From: an uncultured Acidimicrobiales bacterium
GTDB lineage: Bacteria > Actinomycetota > Acidimicrobiia > Acidimicrobiales > UBA10347
DNA: 64,000 nt
Direction: 5' to 3'
Assembly (NCBI GenBank): GCA_943788915.1
Contig: CALSSD010000005.1
Location: forward strand, 372,001 to 436,000
The number at the start of each line of letters is the position of its first letter. Position 1 is the first letter of the stretch. The translations under genes and the position numbers were made by a program. A model generated the notes under the pieces. It was not told where the DNA came from, made no database searches, and saw nothing but the letters and a program-made list of their open reading frames with translations. Below are positions 49,852 through 60,249 of the stretch, piece after piece.

Positions 49852-51707
49852 ATGAAACGATTGAAACTGCTGGCTTTGCTTGCCGTTTTTGCTCTCTTCG
49901 CCGCAGCATGCGGTGGTAGCGACAGCGACACTGAAGAAGCCACGACGACAGACGACGACACCACCGAAGTCGCCGCGAGCGACGACGGCGACGAGAAGAA
50001 GCCATGGACGAGAAGCCATGGAAGAAGAAGAAGAAGACGAAGCCCCAGCTGCGTCAACCGCTGGCCAGGGTGGCGAACTGACCCTGCTGCAATGGCAGGC
50101 TCCTTCGCAGGCCAACGTATTGCTTTCTGGTGGTACCAAGGACGCACTGGCAGCCAGCCTCGTGCTCGAACCACTGGCCCGCTTTGGTCCTGACGGTGTC
50201 ATGGTTCCTGCTCTCGCTGAGTTCATTCCAGCCGCAGGCAACGGCATCTCCGACGACCTGACCCAAATCACCTGGACGCTCAAGAGCGACGTCGTGTGGA
50301 ATGACGGCACGCCGTTTACCGCTGACGACGTTGTATTCACGTACGAATACTGCTCCGACGAAGCAACCGGTTGCAGCCTTGACCTGACCACAGTCGCCAG
50401 CGTTGTTGCTGACGATGACAGCCACGTCACGATTACCTTCAACGAGCCAAAGCCATTCCCTTACGACCAATTCGTTGGTTACCTGGCTCCAATCATCCAG
50501 CGTGCTCAGTTCCAAGACTGTGTCGGCGCAGCTGCTGGCTCATGTACTGACCAGAACTTTGCCCCTGTTGGCACTGGCCCATACATGGTTACCGAACTTC
50601 GCCCTGAAGACACCGTGACCTACGAGTTCAACCCAATGTGGCGTGGAAACGCCCAGGGCGAGCCATACTTCGGCAACGTCACCATCAAGGGTGGCGGCGA
50701 CGCAGAAGCAGCAGCTCGTTCAGTGCTCGAAATCGGCGAAGCCGACTACGCATGGAACTTGCAGGTTGCACCTGAAATTCTCGGCCCAATGGAAGCTGCC
50801 GGCAACGGTGAAGTTGTCGTGTCATTCACGGCAAACGTTGAGCACATCAACCTGAACCAGACCGACAACCGGGCCGAAGGCGATCTTCAGTCCAACTGGG
50901 ACGGCGGCAACAACCCCAACCCATTCTTCGCAAACAACCCAGAGTTCGCTCGTGCATTGTCGATCGCTATCAACCGTGACGAACTCGTCATCGTTGGTTA
51001 CGGCGCCACCGGCATCCCGACCTGCAACATCTGGAACGTAGGCGCAGGCACTTCGACCAACAACGACTGGTGCTTGACCCAAGACATCGACGAAGCCAAC
51101 AACATCCTTGATGGCCTCGGCTACCTCGACACCGACGATGATGGTGTACGCGAACTTCCTGACGGCACGCCGCTCGAGTTCGACTACGTCACCGTCGACC
51201 AACGCGGTACGCCAGTCGAACCAGGACCTCATCAAGGGTTACTGGGAAGACATTGGCGTCGTTGCCAACATGAAGAACGAAGACGCAAGCTCTGTTCTTC
51301 GATGGCACCTGCGGCAGCGACGCATGTATCTGGAAGTTCTTCAGCGACATCGAGATGTTCACCAACGGTTCGACGCTCCCTGATCCATCTTCCTACCTAC
51401 AGGGTTGGACTACCGACCAGATTCCTACGCCAGAGAACGCTTGGGGCTCAAGCAACATGCCTCGCATCTCAAACGCAGAACTGGACGCAACCTGGGCAGA
51501 GCTCAACGCTGCAGCGATCGACGATCCTGCACGCAACGAACTCGTTATTCGAGTGAACGACCTCATCTCGGCAGAGAGCGGCGGCATGATTCCGCTGATC
51601 AGCCGCGGTTCGGTGTCGGCGATTCGCCAACGCGACTCAACACCGCCGGTCCGCTCAACGGTTGGGACAGTGAATACTGGAACATCCAAGAATGGACCCG
51701 CGAGTAA
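49852..51707 (+). CDS. oppA: Peptide ABC transporter substrate-binding lipoprotein (family 5), broken by about 5 small frameshifts
   Basis: RBS ggaggagg, lipobox FAAAC, WNDGTPFTADDVVFT, PVGTGPY. Pieces continue as STNAVRQ.., ..DIEMFTNG.. and NGWDSEYWNIQEWTRE* in different frames. Confidence 0.85.
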
Positions 51708-51740
51708 GGCTTCAAGCCTGTAACGCACTAGAGCGTTAAT

Positions 51741-51793
51741 CGAGGGCGTGTTGAGAGATCTTCGGATCTTTCGACACGCCCTCGTTTCTTTTT
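51741..51793 (+). terminator. Long hairpin (cUUCGg loop) with U-rich tail between oppA and oppB
   Basis: cgagggcgtgttgagagatc-ttcg-gatctttcgacacgccctcg followed by tttcttttt. Confidence 0.85.
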
Positions 51794-51830
51794 GTAGACT
51801 GGCCGAACTCTGGGGAGGGTTTACCAGCAG

Positions 51831-52850
51831 ATGCTGCGATACATCATTCGAAGATCACTTGTTGCCATTCCGACGCTGATCGTTATTAGCTTCATTTTGT
51901 TCTTCATCATGGATCAGGCGCCCGGCGACCCGACTTCGAACGTGCCGTTGACGGTGCCGGCCGAAGTCCGCGAACGCATGCGCGAAGCTCAAGGTTTCAA
52001 CGACCCGTTTATCCTTCAGTGGCTCAAATGGTGTCGGCTTATGTTCATCAACGAGCCGATAAATCTGTTCGAGTCTCTGACCGGTACATGTTTCGGTAGC
52101 TGCGAGTCCCGTGACCGGATCATCTCGTGGTCATCTCGAAGCCCGGCGTTGGACACGATCTACGAACGCCTTCCACAGACGTTGTGGGTCCTTGGTCTTG
52201 GCACCCTGTTCGGAACACTGATTGCCATCCCTGTCGGCATCATGTCGGCCTACAAGCAGTACTCGCTGTTCGACAATGTCGGCACGTTTATCTCGATGAT
52301 TGGTTTCTCGATGCCGGTGTTCTTCACCGGTCTCCTTGCCATCGTCGTCTTCAGCGTCAAGCTCAAATGGTTCCCGTCGTTCTATGACACCACCCACGAC
52401 GTGCAGTTCACGAGCTGGTCAAGTATCTGGATACAGATCAAACAGTTAGTCATGCCGGTCTCGATCTTGACGCTCTTCCAGGCGAGTTCGTTGGCCCGAT
52501 TCACACGGGCGTCGGCGCTCGACAACCTGAACCAGGAATATGTGCGCACGGCTCGCTCAAAGGGCCTGAGCGAATCCAAGGTCATCAACGTTCACGTCAT
52601 GCGCAACAGTCTGATCCCGGTCGTGACTCTGCTGGCTCTGACCATCCCAGGTGTTATTGGCGGGGCCATCATCACCGAGACGGTCTTCCGCATCAATGGC
52701 ATTGGACAGTTGCTCATCACCTCGATCCGCAACGGCGATGTACCCATGGTGCAAACAATCACGTTCTTCTCGGCCTTCTTGGTGGTCTTGTTCAATCTGA
52801 TCGCCGATGCCCTCTATGGCCTCCTCGACCCAAGGATTCGCTATGAGTGA
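51831..52850 (+). CDS. oppB: Peptide ABC transporter permease (OppB)
   Basis: APGDP, EYVRTARSKGL, RNSLIP and LLDPRI motifs. Confidence 0.93.
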   Translation: MLRYIIRRSLVAIPTLIVISFILFFIMDQAPGDPTSNVPLTVPAEVRERMREAQGFNDPFILQWLKWCRLMFINEPINLFESLTGTCFGSCESRDRIISWSSRSPALDTIYERLPQTLWVLGLGTLFGTLIAIPVGIMSAYKQYSLFDNVGTFISMIGFSMPVFFTGLLAIVVFSVKLKWFPSFYDTTHDVQFTSWSSIWIQIKQLVMPVSILTLFQASSLARFTRASALDNLNQEYVRTARSKGLSESKVINVHVMRNSLIPVVTLLALTIPGVIGGAIITETVFRINGIGQLLITSIRNGDVPMVQTITFFSAFLVVLFNLIADALYGLLDPRIRYE

Positions 52851-53781
52851 TATCACCGACAACTCCGAGGTCACCAACACAGCTCCCGATGAGCTACCCG
52901 AGTACCGCTCGCTCCGTTCTGATGTGTGGCGACAATTCCGTCGCCACCGGGGAGCGATGATCGGGCTCGTCATTCTCGTCATCATCTTTCTGGCTGTTTT
53001 TCTCGGTCCTGTCCTGTTGCCCTATGACCCGTTCAAGAACAACGTTCCTGACCGCAACATCGGACCAACGTGGAAACATCCCATGGGCACCGACAACCTC
53101 GGTCGCGACGTGTTCGCACGAGTCCTGACCGGCGGCCGAGTCTCAATCGCTGTGGGCCTAGCTGCCATGTTGTTCCAGGTCATCCTGGGTACCGCCATTG
53201 GCGTCGTCGCTGGTTTCTTCCGGCGACTCGACGGTGTGCTCATGCGACTGACCGATCTGTTCTTGTCGATCCCGCAGCTGCCTCTGCTTCTTTTGGTCGT
53301 GGTCTTGTTCCGCGATCCAATCACTGACCGGTTTGGCCAGAACCTTGGCATCTTCATCTTGGTTGTGTTCATTATCGGCATCACGAACTGGATGCAGACC
53401 GCCCGTATCGTGCGCGGCGATGTGCTTGCGATCAAGGAAGAAGAGTTCGTTCTTGCGGCCCGGAGCATCGGCACCAGCGGTCGCAAGATCGTTACCCGCC
53501 ACGTCCTGCCCAACGTATTGAGCCCAGTAACCGTGGCTGCTTCGCTCGGTGTGGCTTCTGCCATCATCACCGAGTCGGCGCTGTCGTTCCTGGGTCTCGG
53601 TTTTCCGGCCGACTTCCCAACGTGGGGCCGACTGTTGTTCGACGCCAAGGATCTCATCACCTCGCAGCCAGCCCGTGTGATCTGGCCTGGCACCATGATC
53701 TCGCTTACCGTTCTGTGTGTGACATTCATCGGCGACGGCCTTCGTGATGCCCTTGACCCCAAGCTCCGCTCTAAGGGTTAA
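52843..53781 (+). CDS. oppC: Peptide ABC transporter permease (OppC)
   Basis: HPMGTDNLGRD, EFVLAARSIG, ESALSFLGLG and GDGLRDALDP motifs. Confidence 0.93.
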   Translation: MSDITDNSEVTNTAPDELPEYRSLRSDVWRQFRRHRGAMIGLVILVIIFLAVFLGPVLLPYDPFKNNVPDRNIGPTWKHPMGTDNLGRDVFARVLTGGRVSIAVGLAAMLFQVILGTAIGVVAGFFRRLDGVLMRLTDLFLSIPQLPLLLLVVVLFRDPITDRFGQNLGIFILVVFIIGITNWMQTARIVRGDVLAIKEEEFVLAARSIGTSGRKIVTRHVLPNVLSPVTVAASLGVASAIITESALSFLGLGFPADFPTWGRLLFDAKDLITSQPARVIWPGTMISLTVLCVTFIGDGLRDALDPKLRSKG

Positions 53782-53840
53782 ACCCACGCAGTCGCCAGTA
53801 TCTGTGCTTCGCAGCATCGGTGCTGGTGACCACCCACGTA

Positions 53841-54749
53841 ATGCGGATCGCACTACTACATGAACACCCGGCCTGGTCGATCGATCTGATCCAACGCGCC
53901 CATGAACGTGGCATCGACGTGACCCCGTTCGATATCGGCGAGTTCGATTTTTCGATCGCTGGCCTCGGTGACGGCTTCGACCTGTGGGTGAACCGAGTGA
54001 ATGCAATGCCGTCGGCAGGACGACCGTCCAGCATCGTGGCTGCGGCCGGCCACATCGTGTCGGCGCTTGAGTTGCGCGGCCATCGCGTCGTCAACGGATC
54101 TACGACCCACCGCATCGGCGGGTCGAAGATCGCTCAGGCTGCGATGTTCACCCAACTCGGCCTTGGCAGTCCAGCAACTATCGGCATCTATCAGCCCGCC
54201 GATGCCCTCGCCGCTGCGGCGCGCCCTGGGTTTCCCTGTTTTGACCAAGCCCAATGTTGGCGGCTCCGGCAGCGGCATTGTCCGCCATGATTCCTCCGTC
54301 GAGCTTAGCCCAAGCAATCCAGGCCGGAACCGTCGATCTCGGCATCGACGGCACCGGCGTCGTCCAACGGATCATCGAGAGCGCCGATGGCCTGATCCAT
54401 CGGGTCGAGATGCTCGGTTCGTCATTCTTCTACGGCACCCAGCAACGGTTGCAGGCAAACGCCTTCAACTACTGCGCCGTCGACGGATGCGCCATCGACG
54501 GCGAAGATGCCGATGGCAGTGCTGCCATCACGCTGTTTACACCGCCCGACACGCGTCCTCGTTGCCGCAGCTCGGGTCATGGAAGCTGCCACCACCGACG
54601 TTGGCGGTGTCGAGTACATCATCGATGCCACCACCGGCGAACCTGCGTATTACGACTTCAACCCATATTCGAACTTCGTGTCCGGCTTCGACACCGCACT
54701 TGGCTTCAACCCCATCGACCGCTACCTCGACTTCCTCCTCCAACTCTGA
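53841..54749 (+). CDS. ATP-grasp (RimK/glutathione synthase-like) protein with 3 frameshifts (~54222, ~54308, ~54553)
   Basis: Four consecutive frames give LHEHPAW..NRVNAMPS..SK..Q / FPVLTKPNVGGSGSGI / DGTGVVQ..HRVE..FNYC..DGC / DVGGVEY..YYDFNPYSNF. Confidence 0.78.
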
Positions 54750-54820
54750 CGCTTCTGCACCGATCGAGCGAAATAGTCACCCAATCGGTGCATAAACGTG
54801 GTCGGGGATAAGGTCGGTCG

Positions 54821-56278
54821 ATGGCGACCGTGATCTCCCCCAGTAGTGCCGATACGCTTGAACAGCGTTTCCGCAACGCACTCCCCCTCGGTATCGACGA
54901 GGCGACACTGCGTGTTATCGACGAAGAGTCCGAATGGCTTGCCGTCACCCGTGGCACCGTGCAACCAGTGCACTCCTCGTTCGACTCAGGGGCCATGGTC
55001 ACCGTCTGGTCAGGTGGCGGCACAGGAATCGCCGCCACGTCCGACGTCAGCGAATCCGGACTGCGAGCTGCGCTTGCCGAAGCCAAACGTTGGGCCGATG
55101 CCACTGCCGAACGAGCCATCGCCGTGGCCCCGCCGTCGCTCACCCACAGCGGATCGTACGCAAGTCCCCACGAACGTTCCTGGGACGAGTTCGACCTAGG
55201 AGACCGCATAACCCTGTTGCGTGATGTCGAGGCCCAGCTCGTGGTCGACGATCGGATCGTCGACACCCGTGCATCGTTGGGGCGTCGTGACGTCAGATCG
55301 CTACTGCTCTCCAGTGCTGGCGGCCAGATCGAACAGACCTTCAACTTCGTGTATCCCATGCTGGTTGCGACTGCCGCCAGTGGGTCCGATGCCCAGACCC
55401 GAACGTTTGGCCGAGGTTCCTATTGCGGCCAAGGTGGCGTCGAAGTGCTCGACCGTTACGGCTTCTGCGACGCTGCACCCCGCATCGGCGCCGAGGCAGT
55501 GGCGCTGCTCGAAGCGCCCAATTGCCCGACGGGCACCGTGGACATCGTGGTCGCACCCGACCAGATGATCCTGCAGATTCACGAATCCATCGGCCATCCG
55601 CTGGAGCTGGACCGCATCCTCGGCGACGAACGGAACTACGCCGGCACCTCGTTCGTCACGCCTGACATGTTCGGTAGCTTCCAGTACGGCTCAGAACTGC
55701 TGAATGTCACATTCGACCCAACTGTGCCTGGCCAGCTTGCGTCGTATGCATTCGACGACGATGGCACCCCGGCAACACGCCAATATCTGATCAAGGACGG
55801 TGTGCTGCTGCGGCCACTTGGCAGCGCGACGTCGCAGGCTCGTTCGGGTATGGAGGGGGTGGCCAACTCACGAGCGTGTTCGTGGAACCGGCCACCAATC
55901 GATCGTATGGCAAACCTGAATATCGAGCCGGGCGCCACACCAACCAGCGCTTTGGTGGCCGGTGTCGAGCACGGTGTCTTTATGCATACGAACAACTCCT
56001 GGTCGATCGATGATTCTCGCAACAAGTTTCAGTTCGGCTGTGAAATGGGCCAGGTCATTCGCAACGGCGAACTTGCAGAGATCGTGCGCAACCCCGGCTA
56101 CAGGGGAATCTCCCGCAACTTCTGGCGCAACCTAAGCGGCGTGGGTGACACCGACAGCTTCGCGGTCATGGGGACACCGAATTGCGGCAAGGGTGAACTC
56201 AATCAGGTCATTGGCACCGGCCATGCATCGCCGGTCTGCCGGTTCAACAACATCGAAGTTTTCGGAGCCGACGCATGA
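54821..56278 (+). CDS. tldD: TldD metalloprotease
   Basis: LQIHESIGHPLELDR (HExxxH), DDDG, PIDRMANL and TPNCGKG motifs. Confidence 0.9.
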   Translation: MATVISPSSADTLEQRFRNALPLGIDEATLRVIDEESEWLAVTRGTVQPVHSSFDSGAMVTVWSGGGTGIAATSDVSESGLRAALAEAKRWADATAERAIAVAPPSLTHSGSYASPHERSWDEFDLGDRITLLRDVEAQLVVDDRIVDTRASLGRRDVRSLLLSSAGGQIEQTFNFVYPMLVATAASGSDAQTRTFGRGSYCGQGGVEVLDRYGFCDAAPRIGAEAVALLEAPNCPTGTVDIVVAPDQMILQIHESIGHPLELDRILGDERNYAGTSFVTPDMFGSFQYGSELLNVTFDPTVPGQLASYAFDDDGTPATRQYLIKDGVLLRPLGSATSQARSGMEGVANSRACSWNRPPIDRMANLNIEPGATPTSALVAGVEHGVFMHTNNSWSIDDSRNKFQFGCEMGQVIRNGELAEIVRNPGYRGISRNFWRNLSGVGDTDSFAVMGTPNCGKGELNQVIGTGHASPVCRFNNIEVFGADA

Positions 56279-57603
56279 TTGACCAGCAGTACTTCGACGA
56301 TCTCGTAACCAGCGCCACTGCTCGACTCAACGGTGACGAGATCCTCCTCGTCTCGGCTCATACCGAGTCCACCGCCTTCGCCAGGTTCAACGACGCTCGT
56401 GTCCGTCAGGCCGGCTCGATCGAACAGACGACAATCGACGTTGATCTGATCGAAGGGAAACGCCACACCGAGGCGACCGTGCAACTGTCAGGCGATGAGG
56501 TCAGCGACCAGGCACGCGTTGAGCGGGTGCTCGAGCGGCTACGCGAGCAACGGGCTGCGGTCCCCGACGATCCATACCTTGTGATCAATACCGAGGTGAC
56601 CTCGTCGCATCATGTCGGCGACAACGAGCTCCCCGATCGCGACCAGGCGTTGTCGGCGATCGCCCAGGGTGCCGGCGACAAGGACCTCGTCGGCATTTAC
56701 ACATCGGGCGGCATGGCTAGTGCGTTTGCCAATTCGTTGGGTCAGCGCAACTGGTTCGAAACGTCGACATTCAACTTCGATTGGACGTTCTATCTGCGAG
56801 CCGACAAGGCAGTCAAGAACTCCTACGCCGGGTTCGCATGGGACGACGCTGCGTTCAACCGCAAACTCGACGACGCTGCGGTCAAACTCACGGCGCTCGC
56901 TCGTGAACCGATCGATCTGGCGCCTGGCGACTACGCCGCGTACTTGACTCCAGCGGCGCTCGAAGAGGTCGTCGGCTTGCTGACCTGGAGTTCGTTCGGC
57001 GCCAGAGCTCAGCGCACCAGCCAGTCGGCACTACTGCGGCTGCTCAACGGCCAGGGCGAACTCGATCCGTCGATCCGCATGAGCGAGGACACGGCACACG
57101 GCGTGGCTCCTAACTTCCAGGAACAAGGATTCATGCGCCCTGACGAAGTCGTGATGATCGACGGAGGCAAGGCCGGCGATCCACTGGTTTCGCCTCGCTC
57201 TGCGATCGAGTTCGGCCTATCGCCAAATGGCGCAGCAGGCGACGAATCGCCTCGTTCATTTGCCATCGCCGGTGGTGACCTCGACGCCGATCAGGCTCTC
57301 GCTGACCTCGGCACCGGCCTGTATGTGGGCAATCTTTGGTACACGAACTTCTCGGACCGCCCAGCGTGCCGGGTGACTGGCATGACCCGGTTTGCGACCT
57401 TTTGGGTCGAAGGCGGCGAGATCGTGGCCCCGGTAAACGTGCTTCGGTTCGACGACACCGTGTACAACATGCTCGGCTCGCAGCTCAAGGGCCTCACGTC
57501 TGAGCCCGAGTTCGTCTTCGACAACGCCACCTACGGCCAACGCAGCGACAACAGCGTGCGCCTCCCCGGTGCCCTCCTCGAGGCAATGCGCTTCACCCTC
57601 TAA
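56275..57603 (+). CDS. tldE: TldE/PmbA family partner subunit
   Basis: ATGA overlap with tldD; ARFN..VRQ, PGDY..YL.P and TGMTRFATFWVE motifs; no HExxH. Confidence 0.85.
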   Translation: MIDQQYFDDLVTSATARLNGDEILLVSAHTESTAFARFNDARVRQAGSIEQTTIDVDLIEGKRHTEATVQLSGDEVSDQARVERVLERLREQRAAVPDDPYLVINTEVTSSHHVGDNELPDRDQALSAIAQGAGDKDLVGIYTSGGMASAFANSLGQRNWFETSTFNFDWTFYLRADKAVKNSYAGFAWDDAAFNRKLDDAAVKLTALAREPIDLAPGDYAAYLTPAALEEVVGLLTWSSFGARAQRTSQSALLRLLNGQGELDPSIRMSEDTAHGVAPNFQEQGFMRPDEVVMIDGGKAGDPLVSPRSAIEFGLSPNGAAGDESPRSFAIAGGDLDADQALADLGTGLYVGNLWYTNFSDRPACRVTGMTRFATFWVEGGEIVAPVNVLRFDDTVYNMLGSQLKGLTSEPEFVFDNATYGQRSDNSVRLPGALLEAMRFTL

Positions 57604-57666
57604 CCCCTTGATGCAAATTAGGAGCCTGATGCACGAAATAGGTACACCACGCTCCTAATTTGCGTC

Positions 57667-58404
57667 TTAGGTGATTGGGAACCGGTAAGCGGCGAGTTGA
57701 GTGGCGATCTCGAATCCCAGGCCGGCGGAGACCTTGATGGAACCGACGTTGTCTTCGTCGCACCGATAGAGCGGCTCAAGGCCTTCGGCACGAAGGATCG
57801 GGCAGAGAGCGGCAACAGCAATTGACCCGAGGGCCTTGCCACGGTGCTCCGTGCTGGTCATGATGCCGATGTCGCCGTACTGAGGGGTCGGCTCGAAAGG
57901 GCACGCCGCCGAGTACGTAACAATGTCTCCAGCATCGTCGAGAACGACTCGGATGATGTCGTCGAGATTGTCGATTGCGATCTCGGCCTCGTCGAGATCA
58001 TCGGCGTCGCTGCGCTCGATGAATTCGGCGATCAGTCGCACGTCGTCCGGGTTGTTGGGATCCAGCCGGCGAAACGAGAAACCCTCGGGCAGCGCATGAA
58101 CGTCGGGCAACGCATCAGGCAGCAGCTGTATGCGGCCGGTGCCGAGTAGCTCACCGCCAGCAGCCACGGCAATCTGCTGCCATGCCTGCATAGTTGGTGC
58201 CATGTCTGCGGTGGCGCGGCGAAGCAGAGCCTCGGCCGCCGGATCGCAGGTGACCACAAAGTGTTCGCCGATCACATATCCAGCAGTGACATGGTTTTCG
58301 GCCCGATCAGGATGCCCAAGAACCGTCACACCAGACTCCGACCAGAGCCTCTCGTCCGCACCCATCGAGCGCAGCAGGTCGTAGAAGAACGGAGTGAACA
58401 TCAA
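57667..58404 (-). CDS. GNAT family acetyltransferase
   Basis: DIGIMT..HRGKALG and YRC..NVGS.KV..LGF motifs. Confidence 0.85.
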   Translation of the reverse strand: MMFTPFFYDLLRSMGADERLWSESGVTVLGHPDRAENHVTAGYVIGEHFVVTCDPAAEALLRRATADMAPTMQAWQQIAVAAGGELLGTGRIQLLPDALPDVHALPEGFSFRRLDPNNPDDVRLIAEFIERSDADDLDEAEIAIDNLDDIIRVVLDDAGDIVTYSAACPFEPTPQYGDIGIMTSTEHRGKALGSIAVAALCPILRAEGLEPLYRCDEDNVGSIKVSAGLGFEIATQLAAYRFPIT

Positions 58405-58410
58405 CCCAGA

Positions 58411-60249
58411 TTAGAGGTCGAAAGCGACCTGGCGTTGCGTGTTACCAACCCACGCTTCGTGGAGACGGCCATAGATGCCGCCGGCCCCAACAAGTTCGGC
58501 ATGCGAACCGACTTCGACAATCTCGCCCTGGTCGAAGACCACGATGAGGTCGGCGGCTTCGGCCGTCGCCAACCGGTGAGCGATCGAGACCACGGTGCGA
58601 CCGCTGGACAGGCGGGCGATCGTCTCGGTCAGCGCCCGATCTGTTTCAGGGTCGACCGACGACGTCGCCTCGTCGAGCACGAGGAGACCAGGATCGGCCA
58701 GAGCAGCCCTGATCAGGGCGACTAACTGGCGCTCGCCAACACTGAGATAGTCACCACGTGCGCCCACCTCGGTATCGAGTCCCTCGGGAAGGCCTGCTAC
58801 CCAACCATCCAGTTCAAGCGTGACCACGGCGGCTTCGATGTCGGCATCGGTCGCGCCGACCCGACCCAGACGGAGGTTCTCTCGCAGCGTCGTGTCGAAC
58901 AGGAAGCCATCCTGGGGCACCATACGAACCGACGTAAGGCGCGACTCCGGCGACACCGAATCAAGCCGTATGCCACCCAACTCAATAGAACCATCGGTGG
59001 GATCCGCGAGACGGCACAGGAGTTTCGCAAATGTGGTCTTGCCTGAACCGGTTTCGCCGACCACGGCCACGTTGGTGGAAGCGGGGATGTGCAGCGAGAC
59101 GTTGCGCAACACCCGCGGTCCGGTGCGGTACGAGAAGTCGACGTTCGTAGCGGTGATCGACAACGCCTCGCGAGGTAGCTCATTACCAGCATCTGACTCG
59201 ATGACGTCGACGGGCATGTCGAGGAGCTCAAGAATTTTGCGCCAGCCAGCAATGGCTTCCTGGGTCCTGTCCGTAGTCTCGCCCAGCTCGCCAATGGGTT
59301 CATTCAGAAGTGTGATCAGGAACAGGACGGCGACCAAGGTGCCGCCACTGAGTCCCCAGTTGTCGCGCTGCCAGATCCCAATGGCAAAGGCTGCAGCCAA
59401 TGCAAGAGACCCGAAGAAGTCACCGGTCGAAAAGACCATCGCCATGAACTTGTTTCGGCGGATGCCAGCTGTGTAGCGCTGGTCTGTCGCCTCGCGGACC
59501 CGGCTCTCGGCCCGCTCACCAACGCCGTAGGCCCGCACCGTGCCTGCACCAATGATGGCTTCATTTGCTCGACCGACCATGAAAGCAACCGAGGCACGCA
59601 ACTTGTCATAGGCCACGAGTTGTTTACCCTGCACCCACTTCATGAACGGCACGGTGGGCATGAACGCGATGAAGACGATCAAGGCCAGTTGCCAGCTGTA
59701 TAACGCCATAACGACGAAGACGCCCAGGATCACCATGGGGCCGACCGTCCAGGTGAGCAAGCCCCACTCACAGAACCGGCTAATAGCTTGCACGTCGGAC
59801 GTGACTCGTGTCAGGAAGGTACCGCTGCTGCTGTCGACGTGATCGGCCAGGCTCAGCTTGTGGACATGGCCGAACGCCCGGGTTCGCAGGCCATAGATCG
59901 CGGCTTCAGCGTTGACGATCATGCGGCGTCGGGCAATGATCGCCACAACCGTGGAACCGAGGACAATAGCGATGGCGATCAGGGCAAAGGTCACCACCTG
60001 ACCCATGTCGACCAGGACTGAGCCCGATGCGTCGGTTGAGATCGCTTGATCGATCGTGCGCTGGATGACAACCGGAATCACGATGCGCCCAACGGCCACG
60101 GCGAGGCCCATGATGATCGTGGAGATCAGCCCAGTGCGCAGTTCGGGGCTCTCTTCAACACCCCGACGAAACAGTTTCCAGGCACCAAGACTCGGCTCGG
60201 CCGGCTCGGAAACACCGCCGGTTATGTCCTGCTCAGTCAGATCAGACAC
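58411..60249 (-). CDS. ABC exporter (TMD+NBD), second half of heterodimer
   Basis: GETGSGKT, LSVGERQ, LDEATS and IAHRL motifs; GTG 60249 overlaps the upstream stop. Confidence 0.9.
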   Translation of the reverse strand: MSDLTEQDITGGVSEPAEPSLGAWKLFRRGVEESPELRTGLISTIIMGLAVAVGRIVIPVVIQRTIDQAISTDASGSVLVDMGQVVTFALIAIAIVLGSTVVAIIARRRMIVNAEAAIYGLRTRAFGHVHKLSLADHVDSSSGTFLTRVTSDVQAISRFCEWGLLTWTVGPMVILGVFVVMALYSWQLALIVFIAFMPTVPFMKWVQGKQLVAYDKLRASVAFMVGRANEAIIGAGTVRAYGVGERAESRVREATDQRYTAGIRRNKFMAMVFSTGDFFGSLALAAAFAIGIWQRDNWGLSGGTLVAVLFLITLLNEPIGELGETTDRTQEAIAGWRKILELLDMPVDVIESDAGNELPREALSITATNVDFSYRTGPRVLRNVSLHIPASTNVAVVGETGSGKTTFAKLLCRLADPTDGSIELGGIRLDSVSPESRLTSVRMVPQDGFLFDTTLRENLRLGRVGATDADIEAAVVTLELDGWVAGLPEGLDTEVGARGDYLSVGERQLVALIRAALADPGLLVLDEATSSVDPETDRALTETIARLSSGRTVVSIAHRLATAEAADLIVVFDQGEIVEVGSHAELVGAGGIYGRLHEAWVGNTQRQVAFDL

